From: Alphaproteobacteria bacterium
GTDB lineage: Bacteria; Pseudomonadota; Alphaproteobacteria; UBA2966
Assembly: GCA_964291395.2 (NCBI GenBank)
Contig: OZ219856.1
Location: 1,472,001 to 1,536,000, forward strand
Length of the DNA: 64,000 nucleotides
Reading direction: 5' to 3'
Of the stretch, positions 28,800-38,474 are shown in pieces. Position 1 is the stretch's first letter; every line of letters begins with the position of its first letter. Both the position numbers and the translations under genes were made by a program. Under the pieces are notes generated by a model that was not told the origin of the DNA, made no database searches, and was given only the letters and a program-made list of their open reading frames with translations.

Positions 28800-30469
28800 A
28801 CACCCTTCAGGCCGTAGACGTCTCGGGCGCTGGCGGCCGAGATCTTTTCTTCCCGCAGGTCGCGTTCGACCGAGGCCCGCTCGCGTTCCTCCGGCGGGCC
28901 GAAACCGCCGCCGCCCTGCGTTCGCATGCTGAAGACGTCGCCATACTTGAACCCATGATCGACGGTCTTGGAGTGGAGTTCTTCGGAATCAGGTCCGTCG
29001 GGGTTCATCACCATGCTGCCGGTGGCGCCTTCCTTGCCCCCGAACAAGCCGAACGGAGCCACTTTGAACTTGTCGAACTGGGTGTTGAGCGATCCGCTCT
29101 GGTCGAGGAATTCGATATCCCGCCGCACGCCGAGACCTCCCCGCCGCCGCCCCGCCCCGCCCGTGTCCGGGATGAATTCATAACGCTTGTAGCGGAGCGG
29201 ATAGGTGGCCTCCACCATTTCAATCGGGGTGTTCGCCAGATTGTGGATGCCCTGGGAATAGCAATCGAGGCCATCTTTGTTCTTCCGGGCGCCCCAGCCA
29301 CCGACTTCGATGTCGAAGAAGATCCAGCTGTCGCGGCCGTTTCCGCCATCTCCGGCCAGGATGTGCACGTTGGACATGCCGTAGTAGGCCGCCGTGATGC
29401 GTTCGGGGATGACCTCCGACAGCGCCCGCATCAGGGAGTTCACGATGGTATGGGTGATCGCGTTCCGGCCGACGACAGGAGCGGGCGGCAAGGCGTTCAC
29501 GACAGTGCCCTCGGGTGCGGTGATCCGGATCGGCTTGTAAACACCGTAGTTGGCGGGAATCGACGGGTCGATGATGGAAAGGATGGCGAAATAGACCGCT
29601 GATTCGCATGACGACAGGGTGGCGTTGATGGGTGAACGGCGCTGGGGATCGGTGCCCGTGAAGTCGATGTGGATCGTTCCGTCCTCGATGGTCACCTTGG
29701 TGACGATCTTGATGGGTTCGTCCACCACACCGTCGTCGTCCACGAAATACGAAGATTCGTAGGTACCGCCGGGAATCTCGAGAAGGCGGTCCCGCAGCCG
29801 ACCTTCCGATGCTTCGATGGCTTCTTCCAGGCAATCCATGATGGTGCGCACGCCATAGCGTTCGATCAGTTCAAGCACGCCGTCGCGCCCGATTTCGAGA
29901 GCCGCCGTCTGGGCCCGGAGGTCGCCGATGGTCATCGCCGGCTGCCGGATGTTCGCTTCGATCATGGCAAACAGCCGCTCGTTGATTTGACCTTCCTCGA
30001 ACAGCTTGATGGGGGGAATTCGCAGCCCTTCCTGAAAGATTTCAACGGCATCCCCGGCATAGCTTCCGGGCCGCATGCCGCCGATATCGAGGTGGTGCCC
30101 GAGCGTCCCGCAAATCGCGACGAGTTCGTTGCCGGCGAACACCGGCAGGAACGTCTGTACGTCCGGAAGGTGCTGGCCGCCTTTGTAGGGATCGTTCGTG
30201 ATGATGATGTCGCCGGGGCGCCATTCGTCGATGGGAATCGCCTCATCCAGTGTCGTACGAAGCGAGCGCGACATCGAATTGAGGTGGATGGGGATGCGAC
30301 ACGATTGCGCGATGATTCTTCCGTTCAAGTCGAAAACGGCAGTCGAGTAGTCGAGCATCTCTCGGATAACCGTCGAGTACGACGTGCGCAGGATGGTCGC
30401 GGCCATCTGCTCCGCAACACTGACCAGCGCGTTGTTGACGACTTCGAGGGTTACGGGATCGACACGCAT
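28796..30469 (-). CDS. Hydantoinase B/oxoprolinase family subunit (second copy)
   Basis: MRVDPVTLEV, NDPYKGGQHLPD, HHLDIGG, FQEGLRIPP, TQGGGGFG. Confidence 0.92.
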   Translation of the reverse strand: MRVDPVTLEVVNNALVSVAEQMAATILRTSYSTVIREMLDYSTAVFDLNGRIIAQSCRIPIHLNSMSRSLRTTLDEAIPIDEWRPGDIIITNDPYKGGQHLPDVQTFLPVFAGNELVAICGTLGHHLDIGGMRPGSYAGDAVEIFQEGLRIPPIKLFEEGQINERLFAMIEANIRQPAMTIGDLRAQTAALEIGRDGVLELIERYGVRTIMDCLEEAIEASEGRLRDRLLEIPGGTYESSYFVDDDGVVDEPIKIVTKVTIEDGTIHIDFTGTDPQRRSPINATLSSCESAVYFAILSIIDPSIPANYGVYKPIRITAPEGTVVNALPPAPVVGRNAITHTIVNSLMRALSEVIPERITAAYYGMSNVHILAGDGGNGRDSWIFFDIEVGGWGARKNKDGLDCYSQGIHNLANTPIEMVEATYPLRYKRYEFIPDTGGAGRRRGGLGVRRDIEFLDQSGSLNTQFDKFKVAPFGLFGGKEGATGSMVMNPDGPDSEELHSKTVDHGFKYGDVFSMRTQGGGGFGPPEERERASVERDLREEKISAASARDVYGLKGV

Positions 30470-30473
30470 CAGA

Positions 30474-32528
30474 TCACTCCCCAATCGCGACCAACAGATT
30501 GCCCAGTTCATCGATGCGGGCGCGTTGGCCCGGATGGATCACCGTCGTGGAGTCCGTCTGTTCGACGATGGCCGGACCTTCGAATCCGCTGCCTGAAGAC
30601 AGCGACTCCCGGTCGTATACGGCCGTGTCCACATAGTCGCCCGTCTCATCGAAATACACGGGACGGGTTTCCTTCGGCGCCACGCCGCCGCCGCTCGCGG
30701 CATGCGTTTGCGGCTCCGGCGCAGACGTCGAGCCGATCGCGGCAACCCGGCCACTGACGAACTCGACGGGCTTGTCCGGGTGGTGGTGGGCGTACAGTTG
30801 CCGATGAAGTTCGTGGAATCTCCAGATGACATCGGCCGCCGCGTTCTCGTCGAGCGAGCCGGCTGGAACCGGCACGTTCACCTCGTAGGCCTGACCGACG
30901 TAACGGAGATCGGCGGAGCGTTGCAGATCACGCTGCGGTTCCGCAATGCCGTCCCGCTCGAGGGCTTCGTTTGCCTCATGGTCGAGGCGGTCGAACAGCG
31001 AATTGAGATTGTCTCCAGAGATTTCCTCTCCGCGCAGCACTCTCGTTCGACCGAAATCGTGCCGAATGTCCGACATGACGAGCCCGACCGCCGAGAAGAC
31101 TCCGGGGTGTTCCGGTATCAGGATTTCGGGAATGCCCACGGCTGTCGCCAGCGCGGCAGCGTGCATGGGCCCTGCCCCGCCAAATGCCAGGAGCGTAATG
31201 TCGCGGGGGTCGTATCCCTTCTCGGCGGAACTCACCCGAAGGGCGCGTTCCATGTTGGCGTTGGCGATGCGGATGATGCCGGCCGCCGCCGCCTCCACCG
31301 CCATGTCGAGAGGTTTGGCGATCTTCTCCGCGATTGCTGTCCGCGCGGCCTCCAGATCGACCGTCATGTCGCCGCCGACGAACCGGTCAGGGTGCATGCG
31401 GCCCAATACCAGATTGGCGTCGGTTACGGTGGGATCCGTGCCGCCGCGCCGGTAGGCGGCAGGGCCGGGATCCGCTCCCGCGCTCCGGGGACCCACGTGC
31501 AGGCCGTTCCAGTCGTCGAGCCAAGCGATGCTTCCGGCGCCGGCGCCGATCGTGTTGATCTCGATCATCGGTACCTTGACGGGCAGCTCGTCGATGCCGC
31601 CTTCCGTCGTCATGCGAAGCTTGCCCTTGTGGATGAGCGAGATGTCCGTGCTGGTGCCGCCCATGTCGACGCCGAGCAGATTGGGCTGCCGGGTCGCGGC
31701 ACCGAGACGTTGCACCGCCAGGGCGCCCCCTGCGGGACCGGAGGTGATCATGCGGACGGGATAGTCCCGCGCCGCGTTGATAGTGAGGGAGCCTCCGTTC
31801 GACTGCATCAGGAGGATGTTGGCGTTCGGCAGTACCGCCTTGATCTTGGGTGTGATGTCTTCGAGGTATTGGGTCACCAGCGGCATGGCGGCCGCATTCA
31901 GTGCGACCGTGCTCATGCGCTCAAACTCCCGAATCTCCCGGCAAACCTCGTAGGAGGCGGCGACGTGAACGCCCCGCACACCCTGCCGCAACCAATCGCG
32001 CACGAGCGCTTCGTTCACCGGATTGACGAAGGAATTGAGGAAGCAGACGGCCACGGCCTGGGAACCGCTGTCGCGAATGACTTCGAAGAGGCCCGATACT
32101 TCGTTTTGGTCGGGTTCTTGCAGGACGTCCCCTTCCGCGTTCACCCGCTCGGCGACGCAGTAGCGTCGCTCGCGGGGGACGACGGGTTCGGGCTTGTCCT
32201 GCATCAGGTCATACATATCCGGCCGGAAATGGCGTCCGATCTCGAGGACGTCCCGGAACCCCTCCGTGGTCAGCAACGCCGTTCGGGGCAGTTTCTTCTC
32301 GAGGACCGCGTTGGTCACGATGGTGGTGCCGTGGACCAGCATGGTGACATCCCCGGCGTCCACCGCCGCGAGTTCAAGACCGCGCTCGATGGCGTTGATC
32401 AGGGCCCCGCCGGGGTCGCTCTTGCGGCTCGGGACTTTGGCGACGGTGACGCAGCCCGTGTCTTCCTCAAGGACCGTGATGTCGGTGAAGGTGCCGCCGA
32501 TGTCGATGCCGAGCCTTATCGCACCCAT
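30474..32528 (-). CDS. Hydantoinase A/oxoprolinase family subunit (second copy)
   Basis: GIDIGGTFTD, HGTTIVTNA, SGPAGG, DMGGTSTD, GPAIVEQTDSTTVIHPG. Confidence 0.92.
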   Translation of the reverse strand: MGAIRLGIDIGGTFTDITVLEEDTGCVTVAKVPSRKSDPGGALINAIERGLELAAVDAGDVTMLVHGTTIVTNAVLEKKLPRTALLTTEGFRDVLEIGRHFRPDMYDLMQDKPEPVVPRERRYCVAERVNAEGDVLQEPDQNEVSGLFEVIRDSGSQAVAVCFLNSFVNPVNEALVRDWLRQGVRGVHVAASYEVCREIREFERMSTVALNAAAMPLVTQYLEDITPKIKAVLPNANILLMQSNGGSLTINAARDYPVRMITSGPAGGALAVQRLGAATRQPNLLGVDMGGTSTDISLIHKGKLRMTTEGGIDELPVKVPMIEINTIGAGAGSIAWLDDWNGLHVGPRSAGADPGPAAYRRGGTDPTVTDANLVLGRMHPDRFVGGDMTVDLEAARTAIAEKIAKPLDMAVEAAAAGIIRIANANMERALRVSSAEKGYDPRDITLLAFGGAGPMHAAALATAVGIPEILIPEHPGVFSAVGLVMSDIRHDFGRTRVLRGEEISGDNLNSLFDRLDHEANEALERDGIAEPQRDLQRSADLRYVGQAYEVNVPVPAGSLDENAAADVIWRFHELHRQLYAHHHPDKPVEFVSGRVAAIGSTSAPEPQTHAASGGGVAPKETRPVYFDETGDYVDTAVYDRESLSSGSGFEGPAIVEQTDSTTVIHPGQRARIDELGNLLVAIGE

Positions 32529-32558
32529 GCCCGGTTCCTCTCAATCTGAAACATCCGG

Positions 32559-33326
32559 CTACCGCTCTTTCCGTTGACGTTCGAGCGTTTTCCCCGCCCC
32601 GGGAGTGGCCTGATGGAACGACGCCTCGAAGCGGAATTTGCAGCGATCGATGCGATAGGAGATGACACCTGCCTCGATCGGTTCACCGCCCCGGGAATGC
32701 CAGGTATAGGTGTTGGCAAGAACCAGCGTCCGGGGCGCGACACCGAGCGCCGCGGAAATCTCACCGGACGCCGAAACGATTTCGCTTTCCCAGTCCACCT
32801 GCGCGATACGCGATCCCACGAGATCTTCAAGAACCTTGGATGCATCGTGTTCGATCACACGCTCGGGCCTTAGTCGTTTGGCCACCTCCGGCGGATAGTA
32901 TCGCCCGTCATGACAAACGATTCGGTCGTCGACGAGGCGCGTCAGCGACAAATATCCGACCGGACCGTTTGAAGGAAGCCGCAACCGATCGAGAATAAGG
33001 TCCGGGGCGGTCGACTTTGGGTCAAAGGCGAGGACCCGCGTTTCGAAATCTATGCCCTGGCTGGCGAGGTCCTGCTCGAAGCTCTGAAGGGGCGCGAAAT
33101 GACGTGTGATCTTCGGTGGGCTGACCGTCGTGCCCCTGCCCCGCAACCGGGAGACGAGCCCGCTTTTCTCCAGGAGATCCAGTGCTCCCCGGACCGTGAT
33201 ACGACTGACGCCGAACCGTTTCGCGAGTTGCTGTTCGGTGGGGAGCAGCGAATTCGGGGCGAGCAGGTTGATCTCATCCTGGAGGACGGCAGCGACGTCG
33301 AGATATCGGGGCGAGCGCGACGGCAT
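32559..33326 (-). CDS. GntR-family (HutC/UTRA) transcriptional regulator
   Basis: LPTEQQLAKRFGVSRITVRGAL..L...G...R.RGRGT HTH plus a UTRA-like C-terminal domain. Confidence 0.92.
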   Translation of the reverse strand: MPSRSPRYLDVAAVLQDEINLLAPNSLLPTEQQLAKRFGVSRITVRGALDLLEKSGLVSRLRGRGTTVSPPKITRHFAPLQSFEQDLASQGIDFETRVLAFDPKSTAPDLILDRLRLPSNGPVGYLSLTRLVDDRIVCHDGRYYPPEVAKRLRPERVIEHDASKVLEDLVGSRIAQVDWESEIVSASGEISAALGVAPRTLVLANTYTWHSRGGEPIEAGVISYRIDRCKFRFEASFHQATPGAGKTLERQRKER

Positions 33327-33360
33327 GAGGTGACAGGCGTGGCAGGTTCGTTACCGGGCA

Positions 33361-33390
33361 TTGTTAATTAGTTATTACCAATTGGTCAAG
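33361..33390 (-). promoter_or_regulatory. Putative sigma70 promoter for the gntR operon with an overlapping palindrome
   Basis: Minus strand TTGACC-N17-TAACAA(T); palindrome ACCAATTGGT (33377-33386) overlaps the -35; AT-rich patch. Confidence 0.55.
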
Positions 33391-33403
33391 ACTAATCGGG
33401 CTC

Positions 33404-33432
33404 AACCATTGGGGACTTAACCATTGGGGACT
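33404..33432. repeat. Direct repeat AACCATTGGGGACT x2 (15-nt period)
   Basis: Copies at 33404-33417 and 33419-33432 in the divergent gntR/cdo intergenic region. Confidence 0.75.
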
Positions 33433-33501
33433 GGCGCCCGAACGAGAGGTCTTTATCATGGCCTGACCTGGAGGCGGATGCTCTAACGGAGAGATATGTA
33501 A

Positions 33502-34065
33502 ATGACCGAGGGGTACGGACTCGATCGATTTGTCGCGGACATGCGTGCCGTTACGGCCGAGACATCGGACGACGGCGAAATCGTGTCCCGCCTCAAACCG
33601 CTGGCGATTCGGCTTGCCCAGGACAAAAGCTGGCTCAAGCCGGAACACAGGGAGTGCAACAACGCCCAAGCAGCCGCGGTGTATTTGTTGCACGAAGAAC
33701 CCGATCACAGCCTCGCGGTCTTTTCCTCAGCCTACGCGGCCGGACGGGGATTCCCGCCCCACGATCACGGAACCTGGGCCATCGTGGCGGGTGTCGAGGG
33801 AACCGAGATAGATACCTACTGGCGCCGCACCGACGACGGCTCGCGCGAAGGATATGCCGAGCTCGAAAGAGGCACCGAGACGGCTGTCGAAGCGGGCAGC
33901 GCCGTGGCCATGGTCACAGGCGAGATCCACAGCGTAGAGAACCGGACCGATCGGACGAGCATTTCCGTCCACGTCTACGGCCGGCACGTGGGCTTCATCG
34001 ACCGCTCACAGTTCGATCCGGAAACCAACGTTCAGGAACCCTTCCAGGTCACGTTCGAGGATTGA
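33502..34065 (+). CDS. Cysteine dioxygenase-like cupin (thiol dioxygenase family)
   Basis: YLLHEEPD, PPHDHGTWA, G.E...W.R.DDG, EIHSVEN, SISVHVYG. Confidence 0.85.
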   Translation: MTEGYGLDRFVADMRAVTAETSDDGEIVSRLKPLAIRLAQDKSWLKPEHRECNNAQAAAVYLLHEEPDHSLAVFSSAYAAGRGFPPHDHGTWAIVAGVEGTEIDTYWRRTDDGSREGYAELERGTETAVEAGSAVAMVTGEIHSVENRTDRTSISVHVYGRHVGFIDRSQFDPETNVQEPFQVTFED

Positions 34066-34073
34066 GCGGACGC

Positions 34074-34490
34074 ATGGTCCACGATCGCATTCGCAGGTTC
34101 AATAACGCGCACCTCTATCCCGGTCAGGGGATCAGCAACGACAACTGCATGGCGGTGCGGGCGGGCAGCCACGTCTTCCTGCGGGGACAGACCGGCCTCG
34201 ATTTCGATGGAAACCTGGTTGGACCCGGCGATCCCGCGGCGCAGACCGAAAACGCCATGCGTTGCGCCCGGATTCTGCTCGAGGAGGCCGGCTCCAGCCT
34301 CGATCATATCTGCAAAATCACGGTTTACGTGGTGGACCGCGCCCACCGTGGGCCCGTGTACGAAGTCATCGGAAAATGGCTCAAAGGGGTCCATCCCGTC
34401 TCGACGGGACTGATCGTCGCCGGTTTCGCCCGTGAGGATCTGCTCATGGAAATCGACATTCACGCGGTCATTCCGAACGACAAGGCCTGA
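34074..34490 (+). CDS. RidA/YjgF family protein
   Basis: MVH.RIR.FN, FLRGQTG, VHPVSTGLIV, LMEIDIHAVI; true start at ATG 34074, not 33654. Confidence 0.88.
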   Translation: MVHDRIRRFNNAHLYPGQGISNDNCMAVRAGSHVFLRGQTGLDFDGNLVGPGDPAAQTENAMRCARILLEEAGSSLDHICKITVYVVDRAHRGPVYEVIGKWLKGVHPVSTGLIVAGFAREDLLMEIDIHAVIPNDKA

Positions 34491-34549
34491 TTCATGGTCA
34501 GTCGACCGTGACCTCGGGGTCCGACAGGCGAATCCGAACGATCGTCACA

Positions 34550-35039
34550 TCAAGACCGCCGGGTTTTCGCGGCATTCCGGCGACCTGGATGGCTTTTCCC
34601 GGCGTGTCGGACGACGCCCCGGGCCTCACCGACGATGACGGCCTCGCCGTTCCCGTTCTCGCACCATACCTCCAGGGTGATCCGCTCTCCATCGTGAACG
34701 GGATTTCGAGCGGTCACGCGCGCCTTGGCCTGGATCGTGTCGTCAATGAATACACTCTTCGTGATTTTGGCATCCACGACGCCGCTCCGGTGCCAATCCG
34801 AGCCGAAAAGCGAGACCATCAATTCCAGAAGTATGCCTTCGGACTGCGTGCCGGACGCGATAATTGAATCGAGACCCGCCTCCCCCGCTCTTTCAGCGCT
34901 CGTATGGAGATTTGCTTCGGGCCAGCCTGGTGAATCGAACGGACCGCCCGGAGAAAGCCAGCATTCTGGCAAGGCTGAGTCTCCGCGGGCGTCCTTCGAG
35001 GAGTTTGCCGGCGGCGGCACCGGACAGTCGTGACGGCAC
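34550..35039 (-). CDS. MaoC-like hotdog-fold protein with a +1 frameshift near 34948
   Basis: Removing one base joins ...RRLSLARMLAFS to GGPFDSPGWPEANLHTSAERAGEAGL..IASG...; GTG start at 35039. Confidence 0.7.
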
Positions 35040-35041
35040 GT

Positions 35042-35503
35042 TCAATCTGCCTTCGACGGTTCGCCGGAATCGTCCCCGAAGAAGAAAGTGTCGTGCATCT
35101 CCCTACGAATGATTGGCGTGCCGTCCTTCGCGTCGATGGCGATCGCGATCCGCTGATACCGGCGACCTCGTTTCTCATAGGTTTCCGCGACGCGCCAGCT
35201 CGCCCGCAGGCGCTGCCCGACGCGCGCCGGATTCAGGAACTCGACGTGCTCGCGCGCAAAGATGGAACCGGAATCCGGCGCCAGTCGGAACGATGGGCTT
35301 CGTGTCCGGGCGGACATGTGCAACAACAAGACCGGGTGGACGAGCGCGGCGCCCGCCTCGTCTCCATCGACGTATTGCGGGTCGAAGTCCTCCAGCGCGA
35401 ACAGGAATTGCTGGTTGATCTCCGGCGTGATCGTGAACTCCAGCGGTTCGTACTCGTCCCCCTCTTCCATTTCGTGGGCGTACTTCGGTTCGCTCGCACT
35501 CAT
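35042..35503 (-). CDS. MaoC-like hotdog-fold protein
   Basis: G.EYEPLEFTITPE, LVHP, EFLNPARVG, ETYEKRGRRY; paired with the downstream hotdog gene. Confidence 0.75.
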   Translation of the reverse strand: MSASEPKYAHEMEEGDEYEPLEFTITPEINQQFLFALEDFDPQYVDGDEAGAALVHPVLLLHMSARTRSPSFRLAPDSGSIFAREHVEFLNPARVGQRLRASWRVAETYEKRGRRYQRIAIAIDAKDGTPIIRREMHDTFFFGDDSGEPSKAD

Positions 35504-35546
35504 GTGCTTGGTTCGTCCTCAACCGCGGCGCCGAGGTGTCCTACCC

Positions 35547-35580
35547 GAATTCATCGGGGTCGGACCTGGTATCCGGCCTC
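35547..35580. repeat. REP-like hairpin element, copy 1
   Basis: GAATTCATCGGGGTCGGACCTGGTATCCGGCCTC; 29/34 identical to 58422-58455. Confidence 0.6.
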
Positions 35581-35608
35581 ATGTTACAGTCAAACCAAGG
35601 CTTCGACG

Positions 35609-36361
35609 CTAGTGCGAAAAGCGCTTCATCCCGCCGTCGACGTAGAGGACCGAACCGGTGATCTGCTGCGCCCGAGGCGAGGCGATGAAGGCCACGAGGC
35701 TGCCGATGTCATCTGGCTCGCCGAACACGCCTGACGGGATATTGGTGGCGGCAAACCGTGCCTCCACCTCACCCGGATAGTTGCGCCGGGTCTGTTCGGA
35801 GTGAATGCGGCCCGGAATGATGCAGTTCGAGGTGACGCCGTCCTTGGAGTGTTCGCGGGACAAGCCCTTTGACCACGCCTGAACCGCCGCCTTGGCGCAG
35901 GTCGCGGCATTGATGCTGATCGGCTCCATGGTGCCGGTGACGCTGATGACGCGGCCCCACCGACGTTCAACCATGCCCGGGATGAACTGATCGGAGACCC
36001 GCCGAACAGCCCACCAGTTCAGATCCATGGCCTCGATCCAGACCTGCTCGTCCGTGCCCACCGGCGCGGGAATGGCGGCGCCCGCATTGTTCACCAGGAT
36101 GTCCAGGTTACCGAGCGCCTCGTCCACGCCCTTTTTCAGCCTGGTTGCGGCATCATGCGCCGTGATGTCCTGCGCGATAACGGCCGGGCGGGCGTGGCCG
36201 GCGGCGGCGATCTCGTCGGCGACCCGCTCGAGCCGTTCACCGCGGCGCGCCGTGATGGCAACCCTGCAGCCCTCCTCCGCCAGGGATTTCGCCGTTCCAG
36301 CGCCGATTCCGGCACTCGCCCCGGTGACGAGAGCCGTTCGGCCTTCAAGGTGCAGGTCCAT
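35609..36361 (-). CDS. SDR family oxidoreductase
   Basis: TGASAGIG, ILVNNAG, PGRI, ITGS.LYVDGG; the YxxxK position reads ATCAK. Confidence 0.9.
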   Translation of the reverse strand: MDLHLEGRTALVTGASAGIGAGTAKSLAEEGCRVAITARRGERLERVADEIAAAGHARPAVIAQDITAHDAATRLKKGVDEALGNLDILVNNAGAAIPAPVGTDEQVWIEAMDLNWWAVRRVSDQFIPGMVERRWGRVISVTGTMEPISINAATCAKAAVQAWSKGLSREHSKDGVTSNCIIPGRIHSEQTRRNYPGEVEARFAATNIPSGVFGEPDDIGSLVAFIASPRAQQITGSVLYVDGGMKRFSH

Positions 36362-36395
36362 GCGACGTCTCCTCCGTCGAGCGCGGTCGTGCGGA

Positions 36396-37255
36396 CTAGG
36401 CGAGCCGCATCTGCTCGAGCATCGTCGAGCACAGGGGTGTCAGGGGGTTGCCGAGCGAGAACAGGATCGAGAAGTGCTGATCGTACTCGGGCTTCAAGTA
36501 CGTGACTTGGCTGCCCTGCTCCCTCAGGACGTCCACGTACTCATCCGTCATGCGGATCCACTCTCGGGTTTCGCGGCCGCCCACGGCGACAACGAGCGGG
36601 ACATGCGGCGCGGGCGGCATGTGGTTCGCGCTGACCGAGCGCACGTCGTTCGGTTCGACCAACAATTCCTCAGCGCCCGGCACCATCAGGATGGGTTCCA
36701 GATCCAGGATGCCGCTGACGATCGTGCCGCCCTTGACGACGTCGCGGGGCAGGCCGAGATCGTCGAGATAGTCGTCCCGGCATATCATCGACGCCAAGTG
36801 GCCGCCGGCCGAGTGACCCGACACGTAGATCTTGTCGCGGTCGCCGTTGGCCTCTTCGGCATTCTCCCAGACCCATTTCAAAGCCGCGCGCACCTGCCGG
36901 ATGACTTCGGTCCAGCGGGACGGTGGGGCAGAGATCGTAGTTCAATAGCACTGACGCCCCACCCGCGTCCTGCACGACCGGTGCGACGAGGCTGTGGTCG
37001 AAACTGTCCAGGAAACGCCAAAAGCCTCCGTGGACGAATATGTTGATCGGAGACCCTGGCTTGTTGGCCGGAAAGATGTCGAGCGTCTGTCCCGGCGTGT
37101 CTCCGTAGGGGATGCGCAGTTTCCCCCCGCGCCGCAAACGCACGAGCTCGCTCGCCAGGGTCCATTGCGCCTTCCAGACCTCATGCTCCGGCACGTGGAT
37201 CTGCGGGCGTGTACTGAAAGAGGAACTCCTCGCGCGTCATATCACGGTAGAACAT
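36396..37255 (-). CDS. Alpha/beta hydrolase, kynurenine formamidase/arylformamidase-like, with two +1 frameshifts (~36910, ~37206)
   Basis: Reconstructed MFYRDMTREEFLFQYTPQIHVPE...YG...Q.LDIF...VHGGFW...YDLCP.V.LDEVIRQV...GHSAGGHL...SGILDLEP...HF. Confidence 0.8.
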
Positions 37256-37361
37256 GGAAGAAACGTCCGTCTCGACGGCCCGTGTTGCCGGGGTGCCCGC
37301 GAGATCGCTGCCCTCGTTTGGTTCAAGCGTTTGACTCATCTCTGGTCGCCATCTATCGATC

Positions 37362-38417
37362 GTGTACCCGTTCCACTTGGAGTATCACGGCATCTCGCCC
37401 CTTGAAAACCGCCGCCTCGTGCTCCGTAGCCGCCCCCAACGACTTGCCGGGCCCGAAAACTTTGAGCTGCAGAGGGTCGAGATCGAGCCCTTGACGGAGG
37501 GACAGGCCCTCGTCGCCGTCGAAATTGCCGCTCTCTCCGCCTGGCAGGGGATGAGGACCAAGGACTTCAAGAACTTCATCCGGCCCTTCGAGGTCGGCGA
37601 GCTGATCAGCTGCGACACCTTCGCGCGGGTCGTGGAGAGCAAGTGTGACGCGCTTCCGGTCGGCGCCGCCGTCATGGGCCGCCAGGGCTGGCAGGACTAC
37701 GCCGTGGTCACGCCCCGGGATGTCAAGGTCGTCTCGGACGGCTACACGGCGGAGGAATGGATGACGGCCTTGTCGTCTCCGGGTCAGACGCCCTATCTCG
37801 CGTTCACCCAAAAAGCGCGTCCGATGCCGGGCGAAACCCTGGTCGTCAGTTCGGCGGCAGGCGCCGTCGGGTCATACGCTTTGCAGTTGGGAAAGCTCGG
37901 CGGCATGCGCGTCGTCGGCATTGCCGGCGGTCCGGAGAAGACCGCCTACGTTCGCGACCGGATCGGTGCCGATGCCGCCGTGGACTACAAATCCCGGAAT
38001 TTCGAAATGGAGTTGGCCGACGCCTGCCCCGACGGCGTGCACCTTTACTTCGACTTGGTCGGGGGGACGGTGTCGGACGCTGTGTCGGAAATCCTCGCCA
38101 TGCGCTCCCATATCCTGTTGGTGGGCCGGATCGCCGCCAACAACAGCACCGCGCCTGAACGAGACATGGCCAACATGCGCCACATCTGGTCCCGGGAAAC
38201 CACCGTGCATGCCTTCAACCGCTACGCCTATGCGGATCTCTACCCGTATGTCATCGACCGGCTCGGCGCGTTGTTGCGCGCCGGTCAGCTGAGGATGCAC
38301 AACGCCATTCTGGACGGCATGGAATCCACGCCTGAATTCCTCAACCAGAAGCTCGCCGGCCGGCACTTGGGCAAGGTTCTCGTCCGGTATGCGAACGAAA
38401 ACGGTAATAGAATCTGA
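37362..38417 (+). CDS. NADP-dependent oxidoreductase (MDR, PTGR1/CurA-like)
   Basis: NRRLVL.SRP, GWQDY, GETLVVSSAAGAVGS, GIAGGPEK, ACPDGV..YFD.VGG, GKVLV; start uncertain. Confidence 0.88.
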   Translation: MYPFHLEYHGISPLENRRLVLRSRPQRLAGPENFELQRVEIEPLTEGQALVAVEIAALSAWQGMRTKDFKNFIRPFEVGELISCDTFARVVESKCDALPVGAAVMGRQGWQDYAVVTPRDVKVVSDGYTAEEWMTALSSPGQTPYLAFTQKARPMPGETLVVSSAAGAVGSYALQLGKLGGMRVVGIAGGPEKTAYVRDRIGADAAVDYKSRNFEMELADACPDGVHLYFDLVGGTVSDAVSEILAMRSHILLVGRIAANNSTAPERDMANMRHIWSRETTVHAFNRYAYADLYPYVIDRLGALLRAGQLRMHNAILDGMESTPEFLNQKLAGRHLGKVLVRYANENGNRI

Positions 38418-38474
38418 CCTCGCCGCTCATCCCGCGGCGCATCGGTGACAGCGGCGGGAACCTGCGGCGCGTCG

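Noticed and set aside
33654-34073. N-terminal extension of RidA, and similar extensions of the SDR at 50889 and the hydrolase at 60269
   Set aside because: The extensions overlap neighbouring genes or lack family similarity; better starts lie downstream.
36396-37255. True pseudogene status for the frameshifted hydrolase, MaoC-like and hyuA genes
   Set aside because: No other decay and the same indel type in each; an error is at least as likely, so they are kept as CDS pending read checks.
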